Source: an uncultured Chitinophagales bacterium
GTDB lineage: Bacteria > Bacteroidota > Bacteroidia > Chitinophagales > S012-47
Length of the DNA: 64,000 nucleotides
Direction of reading: 5' to 3'
NCBI GenBank assembly: GCA_964422925.1
Contig: CAYRDC010000015.1
Location: 675-64,674, forward strand
Shown: positions 48,110 to 56,537 of the stretch, piece after piece
Numbering within the stretch: the stretch's first letter is position 1
Layout of the letters: each line of letters starts with the position of its first letter
The notes under the pieces: model-generated
Told to the model about the DNA's origin: nothing
Database searches by the model: none
What the model saw: only the letters and a program-made list of their open reading frames with translations
Translations under genes and position numbers: made by a program

Positions 48110-49489
48110 ATGAACGCAGTGAAATACCAGGCTGGGGATACTATTGCCGCCATTGCTACGCCACCGGGCACCGGGGCCATCGGCATGGTGCGCCTGTCGG
48201 GGCCTGATGCCATCCGCCTGGCCGGAAGCGTATTCCGCGGGGCCGGACTCGAAAAGGCTCCCGGGTATTCCGCCCACTTCGGGCAGATTGTTGACGGGGA
48301 GCGCCTGCTGGACGAAGCAGTAGCCATCCTTTACCGGGCCCCGCGCTCCTATACCGGGGAAGATATGGTGGAATTCAGCTGCCACGGCTCACCCTATATC
48401 CTGCAGTCCGTGCTGCAACTGCTGTTGAGCAAGGGGGCCCGCCTGGCCGGTCCGGGAGAATTCACGATGCGCGCGTTCCTCAATGGCAAGCTCGACCTGA
48501 GCCAGGCCGAAGCCGTGGCCGACCTGATTGAGGCCCGGACGGAGGCCTCACACCGGGCAGCCATCAGCCAGATGCGGGGCGGTTATGCCAGCGAACTGCG
48601 TTCCTTGCGTGAAAAGCTGGTGCATTTTGCCTCCCTCGTGGAGCTGGAACTCGATTTCAGCGAAGAGGATGTAGAATTTGCCCAGCGCGACCAGCTGCTG
48701 GATACCGTCCGGCAGCTGAAGCAGGTCACTTCCCGCCTTATCAAGTCCTTTGCCCTCGGCAATGCCATCCGCGAGGGAGTGCCCACTGTCATTGCCGGTC
48801 GGCCCAATGCCGGGAAATCCACCCTGCTCAATGCCCTGTTGCGGGAAGAACGGGCCATCGTCTCCGAAATCCCGGGCACCACGCGCGATACCATCGAGGA
48901 AGTGCTGAACCTGCAGGGCATCCTCTTCCGGCTGATCGATACTGCCGGTCTGCGCGATGCGGCCGATGCCCTGGAAGCCATGGGCGTGCAGCGCACCCTC
49001 GAGAAAATCCACCAGTCGGCACTGGTGATCTATGTGTTTGACCCCATTGGCTCCACGCACCAGGACGTGGAGGAAGGGCTACGGCAGATCCCGGAGGGGG
49101 TGCCGGTGCTGCTGGCCGCCAGCAAATGCGACCTGACGGAAGCTGCGGAAGTGGTGGCGGACTTCAAAGGGCTGCCCAACCTGTTTGTGCTTTCCGGGAA
49201 AACCGGGGAGGGCCTGCAGGCCCTGGAGGAAGCCATGGTGCAGAGCATCATGAGCGAGGAAATCAGCCCGGAAAGCCCCATCGTGACCAGTCTGCGCCAT
49301 GCCGAAGCCCTGCAAAGGGCCCTGGCGGCCCTGCATGACGTGGAAGCCGGGCTGCAGGAAAAACGCTCGGGCGAGCTCCTGGCCCTCGACATCCGCGTGG
49401 CCCTGGACGCCCTGGGCACCATCACCGGGGAAGTGACTACCGATGACCTTCTGGAGAATATCTTTTCGAGGTTTTGTATCGGGAAGTAA
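48110..49489 (+). CDS. mnmE: tRNA modification GTPase MnmE
   Basis: TIAAIATPPG, YTGED, GRPNAGKS, GTTRD, DTAG, FSRFCIGK; ATG at 48110 follows a TAACTTTG box (48096-48103). Confidence 0.98.
   Translation: MNAVKYQAGDTIAAIATPPGTGAIGMVRLSGPDAIRLAGSVFRGAGLEKAPGYSAHFGQIVDGERLLDEAVAILYRAPRSYTGEDMVEFSCHGSPYILQSVLQLLLSKGARLAGPGEFTMRAFLNGKLDLSQAEAVADLIEARTEASHRAAISQMRGGYASELRSLREKLVHFASLVELELDFSEEDVEFAQRDQLLDTVRQLKQVTSRLIKSFALGNAIREGVPTVIAGRPNAGKSTLLNALLREERAIVSEIPGTTRDTIEEVLNLQGILFRLIDTAGLRDAADALEAMGVQRTLEKIHQSALVIYVFDPIGSTHQDVEEGLRQIPEGVPVLLAASKCDLTEAAEVVADFKGLPNLFVLSGKTGEGLQALEEAMVQSIMSEEISPESPIVTSLRHAEALQRALAALHDVEAGLQEKRSGELLALDIRVALDALGTITGEVTTDDLLENIFSRFCIGK
49377..49489 (+). repeat. Left copy (attL-like) of a 113-bp direct repeat = last 36 codons and stop of mnmE
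   Basis: 100 of 113 nt identical to 52971-53083 by manual alignment. Confidence 0.95.
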
Positions 49490-50055
49490 TTTTTAATACC
49501 CCTTCGTTTTATGCTGATTTCCAGAAATTTAACTGAAAGTGAAGGTTGCTCAGGGCCTTGAATATTATAACTTTATATGTAATCTAATTTAGTTTACAAG
49601 CAGGGGTCCCACCATTCAGAAACTTGAACAAGTCGATTTGTTGCTTTAGTTAACGAATAGTCCAGTCAAAAGCAGGAAGGATTTAAATTGTGTCAATTAC
49701 ATGATTGATGAATCACTGGTTTAAGTTGTAACCGTAAGCCGGAATATGGTTAATGGTCTGATTCTTCGCTCATCTTTACCACAAATGCATCAACAGCAGA
49801 GAAGGGAAGCGTGCAGATTCATACTTACGAATAAATGAATGATTTATTAATAAATGTGTTCTTTTATGAATGCTGTGGATTATTGGTTATTGGAAAAATA
49901 AACTATGTCAACAAAACTTATTGATTATGCAGGTTCTTAAAGATTTTACGTACAAATGACTGTATTATTTCCTTCCGTACATTTTAAAAGGATAAATTAC
50001 CGCATGATTGTGCGTCAGAAAAAAATATATTACAGGTCTATTGACTGAAACGATT

Positions 50056-51519
50056 ATGAAATGCTTGTTAAAATATGCGTTAGCGTTTCTTTCGCTTAAT
50101 TGTCCTTATAGCTTATATGCTCAGGCACCTGATACCTTATGGACGAAGACGATTGGAGGTGTGGATTGGGAATGGGGTAGATCAGTACAACAAACCATAA
50201 ATGGAGGATACATTGTAACAGGATGCACTTATTCTTTTGGAAATGGGGAAGGCGATATTTATCTGTTATATATAGATGCGACAGGAAAGATGCAATGGTC
50301 AAAAACTTTCGGAGGAGCTGATAATGATGAAGGTTATTCAGTGCAGCAGACTAGCGATGGTGGATTTATCATTGCAGGAAAGACATATTCTTATGGTGCA
50401 GGAAGTAGTGATATAATACTTCTCAAAACAGATGCAAATGGAGACTCGATTTGGGCAAGAACTTTTGGCGGTACTGATATGGATGAAGCTTACTCGGTAC
50501 AGCAGACAATGGATGGTGGATATATTCTTACAGGAATTACAATTTCGGATAGTACCGGCCTTAGTGATATTCTTCTCCTTAAGACAAACCCAAATGGAGA
50601 TTCTTTATGGGCAAAGACTTTTGGTGGAAATCAACTAGATATAGGCGAATCAGTACAGCAGACAGCCGATAGTGGATATATTATTGTAGGATACACTTTA
50701 TCCTATGGAGCAGGTGGTGATGTTTATATTATAAAGACAGATATTAATGGTGATACAATTTGGACAAAAATCTATGGTGATGTGTTTACTAATTACGGTA
50801 GATCAGTCCAGCAGACAACAGATAGCGGATATATCATCACAGGATATACAGATCCTTATTGGGGAACGACTTATGCGTTTCTTATAAAAACTGACGTTAA
50901 TGGCGATACAATATGGACTAAAAACTATCATAATGGCATGGGGATTGGTTCTTTTGTACAACAAACAACTGATGGTGGGTATATTATTGCAGGTTATAAT
51001 TGGAGATACGGGTTCAATAGTTATGATGTTTTTCTAATTAAAACAAATGCAATTGGTGATACAATTTGGACAAAGACAATAGGTGGTGCCGCTGATGATG
51101 GAAGCTATTCGATTCAACAAACAAATGATGAAGGCTATATTGTTACAGGTTGGACCAAATCTTATGGTGCAGGCAAACACGATGTCTATCTGATAAAGTT
51201 AAAACCTGAAAGCAATGGTATTGAAGAAGTGACAAACAATAATTTCGTTTTAATATCTAATCCTGAACCCAATCCCTTCTTTAATCGAACGACTATAAGA
51301 TATACATTGCAAAAACAGACTGATTTGAAGATAGATATTTATAATCTGACAGGACAGAAAATAAAAGAATTATTTTCCGGGAGGCAATATCCGGGTAGTT
51401 ATCAAATATGCTGGGATGGAACAGGAAATCGGGGGGAAAAACTTTCAAGTGGAATATATTTTTTGGTAATAAAAGAATTTAATAGCCAAACGAACAGGAA
51501 ACTATTACTATTAAGGTAA
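50056..51519 (+). CDS. Secreted seven-repeat beta-propeller protein with a FlgD-Ig / T9SS-type C-terminal domain
   Basis: Signal peptide; seven ~50-aa repeats W.KT.GG...SVQQT.DGGYI..G....G..D..L.K; C-terminal PNPF...IYNLTGQ...WDG...SSGIYF. Confidence 0.88.
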   Translation: MKCLLKYALAFLSLNCPYSLYAQAPDTLWTKTIGGVDWEWGRSVQQTINGGYIVTGCTYSFGNGEGDIYLLYIDATGKMQWSKTFGGADNDEGYSVQQTSDGGFIIAGKTYSYGAGSSDIILLKTDANGDSIWARTFGGTDMDEAYSVQQTMDGGYILTGITISDSTGLSDILLLKTNPNGDSLWAKTFGGNQLDIGESVQQTADSGYIIVGYTLSYGAGGDVYIIKTDINGDTIWTKIYGDVFTNYGRSVQQTTDSGYIITGYTDPYWGTTYAFLIKTDVNGDTIWTKNYHNGMGIGSFVQQTTDGGYIIAGYNWRYGFNSYDVFLIKTNAIGDTIWTKTIGGAADDGSYSIQQTNDEGYIVTGWTKSYGAGKHDVYLIKLKPESNGIEEVTNNNFVLISNPEPNPFFNRTTIRYTLQKQTDLKIDIYNLTGQKIKELFSGRQYPGSYQICWDGTGNRGEKLSSGIYFLVIKEFNSQTNRKLLLLR

Positions 51520-52033
51520 TTAAAAAAAACACATAGAAAAAACATGGATAAATTAAATCGATGGGATAGTTCACATGCAGTTTGAGGTCCTTGAGTGGAT
51601 TGCGTTCTATAGTGCCCCATGCGAAATATACATTGCAGATAGCAAAGTTCCGCGAGTGGTCTATTTTAGCACCGGTGTCCTGACGAGCCCTTTGGGCTGT
51701 CACGATGCTGATTATAGCGTCAGCATAACTTAAACCTTTCAATAATGGAAAGTTTGAAACTTTTCTAAATCAAAATAACAGGAAAACCATCAGCCCCCGA
51801 TAGGGATTTTAATTGATTTGGCATAAGTTACAAATGTAAGTCGGGATGTGGTTGTAGGTTTATCCCTCCGCACATTGCTACCGCAAAGATCAATAACAGC
51901 CGAAAATAGAAAGACCACATTAAGCGTAACTCCTGAGATATCCGTAATCAAGGTATTTGTTACTCGCAATATTTTTAAAATGTTTGCTTATATTGCAATT
52001 TCAAAGCGGGTCAATATTCCTTAATTTGTTGCG

Positions 52034-52567
52034 ATGAGAATTCTAATTTTTGCGACAATGATTGTGCTTACTGTTTTAGCAAGGTCTCAGCAGTTAGGCA
52101 ATCTTTATTTTGAAAATGAAAAAGTGGTTTACAGAAAAGTGTTTGAGGTAGATACGATTAATGCTGATGAATTACAAAAAATGCTTGAAAATCATCTAAT
52201 AAGAATACCTGCAGTAAAAGAATTACAATATATTGGGGAATTCATCGGAATCATTAATGGTATGTTTGTAGATGTAGATAAGTACTTAGGTAAACGATTG
52301 ACCTATTGGAGTGAATTATCAAAGCCAATGGATGCTAAGATGAAGATACAAGTAAAAAATGGACGATATAGGGTGATTATTGAGGAGATAAAGTTTATTA
52401 ATCCATCACCTTATTCTGTATTTTCATTAGACATAATTGCATCAGAAAGGAATCTTAAAACAACACTGAGCAGTAATTTCTATAAAAGGTCTTTAGGCTA
52501 TTTGGATCAGTTCCTAACAGATTTATTTACACTTAAGATTGAATCATTTAACCAGGATGACTGGTAA
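52034..52567 (+). CDS. Exported hypothetical protein (DUF4468-like by resemblance)
   Basis: Signal peptide, VVYRKVFEV, IQVKNGRYRVIIEEI. Confidence 0.7.
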   Translation: MRILIFATMIVLTVLARSQQLGNLYFENEKVVYRKVFEVDTINADELQKMLENHLIRIPAVKELQYIGEFIGIINGMFVDVDKYLGKRLTYWSELSKPMDAKMKIQVKNGRYRVIIEEIKFINPSPYSVFSLDIIASERNLKTTLSSNFYKRSLGYLDQFLTDLFTLKIESFNQDDW

Positions 52568-52707
52568 ATAGTGTAAATACATAGGATTATTATTCTAACC
52601 TTTTATATTTTCTGCTTTAGAATGCGCTTTAGTGAGTCGGCCTATATCTGGATCTTAAAAAGATAAAATTTAGTTAAATTGGATCCGGATCATTAAAAAA
52701 CACTAAC

Positions 52708-52887
52708 ATGAAAACTTTTTGTTGGGTCATCGCCTTATTAGGATCAATTGCTGCTGGGGCAGTATTTGTTGAAATGATGTCTGTGGCAACAAGTGCCCCA
52801 CAGGAAGCTGCTGGTGCAGCAATAGCAGTGGGTATTGCAATAATCCCTTATGTGCTAGCAAGAGCAGTTTCAGAACTAAGTAAGTGA
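52708..52887 (+). CDS. 59-aa two-TM membrane protein with a SAPQ.AA...IPY..AR motif
   Basis: Below the ORF-track cutoff. Manual translation: MKTFCWVIALLGSIAAGAVFVEMMSVATSAPQEAAGAAIAVGIAIIPYVLARAVSELSK; A-rich translation initiation region. Confidence 0.75.
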   Translation: MKTFCWVIALLGSIAAGAVFVEMMSVATSAPQEAAGAAIAVGIAIIPYVLARAVSELSK

Positions 52888-52970
52888 AATATAGAAATTC
52901 GTGTAAAGTAGGCCTGGCTTTTTATAGCCATATAAACTGATTTTTGGGAATAATGTATTGCTAATTTACA

Positions 52971-53083
52971 TCCTGTCCCTTGATATCCGCGTGGCCCTTG
53001 ACGCCCTGGGCACCATCACCGGGGAAGTCACCACCGATGACCTCCTCGAAAATATCTTTTCACGGTTTTGTATCTGGAAATAA
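52971..53083 (+). repeat. Right copy (attR-like): orphan mnmE 3' fragment
   Basis: Encodes [36 protein letters not shown] versus [36 protein letters not shown]. Confidence 0.95.
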
Positions 53084-53182
53084 TCCTCTGCGCATCCTGA
53101 CAAAAAGTTCATCCCGGAAAAGATGCTCAATGTGGGCTGTCGTTTAACCTTGATTTGCAGGTTTTTTTGGCAAAACTTGCAA

Positions 53183-53225
53183 TTTACTCAATGAGTTGAG
53201 TAAAATTACTCAGTGCTCTGAGTAA
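53183..53225. repeat. Tandem pair of palindromes TTACTCA-N6-TGAGTAA, 22-bp period
   Basis: TTTACTCAA-TGAG-TTGAGTAAA (53183-53204) and TTACTCAG-TGCT-CTGAGTAA (53206-53225). Confidence 0.9.
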
Positions 53226-53293
53226 AATGACCGGGTATTAAATCAGGGGCTTTTGCTTTTATCCTCAGCGTCTCCGTTTTTAACGGGAAAAGT

Positions 53294-53354
53294 GTAAATA
53301 TGTCGATTATGATCGACATATTTACGTAAATTTGTCGATTATGATCGACAGATT
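53294..53354 (+). promoter_or_regulatory. Tandem pair of palindromes TGTCGAT-TATG-ATCGACA (32-bp period) covering the -7 box TAAATTTG (53327-53334) and the ATG at 53341
   Basis: Identical 18-bp cores at 53301-53318 and 53333-53350; the first has perfect 14-bp arms (53294-53325). Confidence 0.8.
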
Positions 53355-54462
53355 AATCATTCCACGGATTATAAAATGGCTCTCTAAGGGCAAGATGATT
53401 CTGATTTTAGGCGCCCGGCAAGTCGGAAAAAGCACGTTGCTGAAACAACTGGAAGAAGCACTTCAGGAAAATGCTGTTTGGATTAATGGGGATAACCCGG
53501 AAGACAGGGCGCTTCTGCAAAATGTTAATTCCCGTACTGCGCAACAATTGTTCAAGCCGGGTCAATTGGTTTTTTTGGATGAAGTGCAGCGGATACCGAA
53601 TGCCGGTTTGTGCCTGAAAATTATTTACGATCACGTTAATGGAATCCGGTTGGTGGCTACTGGATCAAGTGCCCTTGAACTGACCGATCAAATCAAAGAA
53701 GCCTTAACCGGCAGGAAGATGGAATTCAGATTATTTCCGCTTTCTCTGGCGGAGTTGGAAACATGTATCTCCAAACTGGACTTAATCAAACAGCTGGAAA
53801 CCCGGATTTTGTTTGGGAATTATCCGGAGGTAATTAATAATCCCGGGGATGAGAAAGAAATATTATTACAGCTTGCCTCGGATTATTTGTTTAAAGATGT
53901 TTTTTCAATGATTGGTTTGAGAAAACCGCTTCAACTGGAAAAACTTGTGCAGGCAATTGCTTTACAAATAGGCAATCAGGTATCGAACCGGGAATTATCT
54001 CAGTTAACTGGTTTGGACAATGGAACAGTCGAGCGCTATTTAACACTCCTGGAAGAGGCATTTATCATTTTCAGGTTACCCTCGTTTGCCAGGAACCTGA
54101 GAAATGAGCTGAAACGGTCCAGAAAAATTTATTTTTATGATACCGGAATCAGAAATGCCTTGATTAATCGGTTTCAACCTTTTAATCTCAGAGATGATAT
54201 CGGAGTCCTTTGGGAAAACTTTTTTATTTCCGAGAGATTGAAAATGCACCATTATTCGGGCCGGTACGTCAATATGTATTTCTGGCGCACCCATCGTCAG
54301 CAGGAACTTGATCTTGTGGAAGAACAGGAAGGTAAACTTTCTGCTTTTGAGATAAAATGGAATCCGAAAGCGCGAAAAAGAATCCCGCATATATTTCAAA
54401 AATCATATCCGGAAGCAAATGTTCAATGGGTGCACCGGGAAAACTTTTGGCAATATTTTTAG
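53341..54462 (+). CDS. AAA_14 / DUF4143-like ATP-binding protein with a C-terminal PD-(D/E)xK-like motif
   Basis: GARQVGKS, FLDEVQ, ATGSS, LTGR, KIYFYDTG, LWENFF, QELDLVE...AFEIKW; spot GC 18/60 at 53881-53940. Confidence 0.88.
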   Translation: MIDRLIIPRIIKWLSKGKMILILGARQVGKSTLLKQLEEALQENAVWINGDNPEDRALLQNVNSRTAQQLFKPGQLVFLDEVQRIPNAGLCLKIIYDHVNGIRLVATGSSALELTDQIKEALTGRKMEFRLFPLSLAELETCISKLDLIKQLETRILFGNYPEVINNPGDEKEILLQLASDYLFKDVFSMIGLRKPLQLEKLVQAIALQIGNQVSNRELSQLTGLDNGTVERYLTLLEEAFIIFRLPSFARNLRNELKRSRKIYFYDTGIRNALINRFQPFNLRDDIGVLWENFFISERLKMHHYSGRYVNMYFWRTHRQQELDLVEEQEGKLSAFEIKWNPKARKRIPHIFQKSYPEANVQWVHRENFWQYF

Positions 54463-54517
54463 TTTATTCCTGAACATTGTCTAATGCCCGGGAGGGAGAG
54501 TTGTTTTCTGAGCGCAT

Positions 54518-55804
54518 TTATAATACTACCATCTTCCTTATTTGTTTGCCATAACCGGTATCAACAGAAAGCAGGTAAATGCCGGGTTTCAGCCCGGACA
54601 GGTCAATAGTGAGCGTACGGGTTCCCGCTGGTTTTTCCCAGGCAGCCACCAGCCGGCCGCTCAGGTCGCGGAGGCGGATGACGGCCGCGGGGTCCTGCAC
54701 GGTTTCCAGTACCAGGTGGTTTGCGGCCGGGTTCGGGTAAAAGCGGAACCCGGAAAGTTCCTGTACCGGTTTCATGGTCAGCCCGGTGACTTCCGCTGAA
54801 TCATTCTGGATATATATGGTGTCTTCCATGATAATCTGCCGGCAGTCATCGCAAAGAATCCGTTTCAGGAAAAGGCCTTCCCTTTCCAGCCGGTAATCCA
54901 CCGGGAACACCCCGTGCCCTCCGCCCGGGAGGTAATCCAGTTCGTAGCAACCGTTGAGCGATTCCATTCGCTGCTGCATTGGCAGTGAGCCGTACAGTTC
55001 GGGCGCATTCGGGCAGTTATAGGCGGCCCCGAAGACGTAGGGCACAATCTGGTCGTTGGTGCCGTGCATCATCATAAGCGGCACCTGGTCCTGGCCGGTG
55101 ATCAGGGTCGTATCCGGCAGGCCTCCCCACAGCGATATCACGCCCCGTATGCGGAAGGATTCCGTGAACACATTGCCGGAAGAATCCAGCGGCCCCAGCA
55201 GGCCGTGCAGGTCAATGGTGTCAATGAGCGTGTCGAGTTCCACTTGCTGGGCATAGGCCATCAACAAAGATATGACGGCCCCAGCGCTGGAACCGCCAAT
55301 GAACAGGTAATTGGTGTCGATATGAAAGCTGTCGGCAAAATGCACAAAATACCGCATGGCCGCGTGCGCGTCCTGAAGGGCCCGGTACATGGCCATCACC
55401 TGCTGGCCATAATTCCCGTCACAATGCGAAGGTCCGGTCCCGATATCCCATCCCACGCGGTAATTAATACTGGCTGACACATAGCCTCTTTGCGCCATCA
55501 CGATGGCCGGGTAATCCATTACAGCTTTATCACCCGTCCAGAAGCCTCCACCGTGTATCCACATGACAAAAGGCAGATGCGAAAAAGTATCAATGGCAGT
55601 ATGCGGCATGAACAAATCATACGTCAGCGTGTCGGGTTGCCCCAGCCAGTCTGTAGCCGTCCCGTAAATGCCATTGAAGCGATGATGCAATTCAGGATAA
55701 GTAAAAATCCGGGCTGTGTCAAACCGGCCCGGAAGGCAATAATCCTGGGCTGAAAGCAGGGAACCGATAAAAAAAATCAGAAAAAGTTGAATCGTCCTTC
55801 TCAT
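54518..55804 (-). CDS. Esterase/lipase (alpha/beta hydrolase) with a T9SS type A sorting domain
   Basis: IHGGGF, GGSSAG, HGTND, GGHG; C-terminal FYPNPA...DLSGLKPGIYLL. Confidence 0.88.
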   Translation of the reverse strand: MRRTIQLFLIFFIGSLLSAQDYCLPGRFDTARIFTYPELHHRFNGIYGTATDWLGQPDTLTYDLFMPHTAIDTFSHLPFVMWIHGGGFWTGDKAVMDYPAIVMAQRGYVSASINYRVGWDIGTGPSHCDGNYGQQVMAMYRALQDAHAAMRYFVHFADSFHIDTNYLFIGGSSAGAVISLLMAYAQQVELDTLIDTIDLHGLLGPLDSSGNVFTESFRIRGVISLWGGLPDTTLITGQDQVPLMMMHGTNDQIVPYVFGAAYNCPNAPELYGSLPMQQRMESLNGCYELDYLPGGGHGVFPVDYRLEREGLFLKRILCDDCRQIIMEDTIYIQNDSAEVTGLTMKPVQELSGFRFYPNPAANHLVLETVQDPAAVIRLRDLSGRLVAAWEKPAGTRTLTIDLSGLKPGIYLLSVDTGYGKQIRKMVVL

Positions 55805-55888
55805 GCTGACATTTAGAGGGTTAAGTTAAAGAATACCTGGCATCCACACCCCAGGGAAGGTTAAATCTTCATGCAATACTTGCAAAGT

Positions 55889-55904
55889 TTACCCAAATGG
55901 GTAA
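55889..55904. promoter_or_regulatory. Probable TetR operator TTACCCA-AA-TGGGTAA
   Basis: Perfect 7-bp arms overlapping a TAACTTTA -7-like box, 9 nt upstream of the TetR ATG. Confidence 0.7.
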
Positions 55905-55913
55905 CTTTACGGC

Positions 55914-56525
55914 ATGGCCCAAAACCCCACCAAAGAAAAGCTTATCCGTGTAGCGGAAGCCGTGTTCCATGAAAAAGGGTTTGACGGGGCCAGGATGCGC
56001 GACATTGCCGAGCGGGCCAGCATCAATAAGGGATTGTTGCATTATTATTTCCGCACCAAGCAAAAATTGTTTGAGAAAGTTTTTGCACTGGCTTTCGGGA
56101 AGATGGCCGGCCGAATCAATGAAATTCTTGACCTGAACATTCCCCTGATTGACAAGCTTGAATTGTTCGTGGATCGTTACCTCGATTTCCTGGAAGCCCA
56201 TCCACATTTGCCTTTGTTCGTCATACACGAGCTCAACCGCAGGGGACACGATTTTCCGGCTGCCCTGCTTGCGGAGGTAAAGCGGCCTGCCGTGCAACAG
56301 TTTAGGCTGCAGATCAATGAGGCGGTTTCGGCCGGCATTATCAGGCCGGTGGACCCCGAACAGCTGATGGTTCACATCATCGGCATGTGCATTTTCCCCA
56401 TTGTCGCCAGCCCCATGATCCAGAACCTGATGGGCAAGTCGAAGGAAGAATTTGATAAACTCCTGGGGGACAGGCGGCAGGCGGTGAAACAATTTTTACG
56501 CATGGCATTATTGCCAGAAAACTAA
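55914..56525 (+). CDS. TetR/AcrR-family regulator
   Basis: AVFHEKGFDGARMRDIAERASINKGLLHYYFRTK. Confidence 0.95.
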   Translation: MAQNPTKEKLIRVAEAVFHEKGFDGARMRDIAERASINKGLLHYYFRTKQKLFEKVFALAFGKMAGRINEILDLNIPLIDKLELFVDRYLDFLEAHPHLPLFVIHELNRRGHDFPAALLAEVKRPAVQQFRLQINEAVSAGIIRPVDPEQLMVHIIGMCIFPIVASPMIQNLMGKSKEEFDKLLGDRRQAVKQFLRMALLPEN

Positions 56526-56537
56526 AACCCGGATAAC

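Larger units (their letters stand above)
49490..52970. mobile_element. AT-rich genomic island inserted at the mnmE 3' end; no integrase visible
   Basis: Flanked by the mnmE 3' duplication; spot GC counts 19/60 (50701-50760) and 17/60 (52141-52200) versus 40/60 and 41/60 in mnmE. Confidence 0.8.

Noticed and set aside
50001-50014. CGCA-N6-TGCG resembling the candidate WYL site
   Set aside because: Spacer is one nt shorter and I saw no -7 box at the matching distance; likely chance.
49490-50055. Short ORFs in the AT-rich left arm of the island
   Set aside because: Those I translated were about 30 aa or shorter with no recognisable motifs; no integrase remnant could be supported.
50140-51200. 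~150-bp periodic nucleotide repeats, possibly CRISPR-like or a DGR template
   Set aside because: They are degenerate in-frame propeller blades; no spacers, cas genes or reverse transcriptase.
51680-51701. CTGACGA-GCCC-TTT-GGGC, like a hammerhead ribozyme core plus stem II
   Set aside because: The required GAAA after stem II is absent (TGTC instead), and no stems I/III were found.
51479-51742. 87-aa minus-strand ORF with GTIERNPLKDLK, reminiscent of a tyrosine-integrase N-terminal domain
   Set aside because: Resemblance covers only about 12 residues, there are no catalytic R-H-R-Y motifs, and the ORF overlaps the propeller gene end. An HHpred hit to a phage integrase SAM-like domain would revive it.
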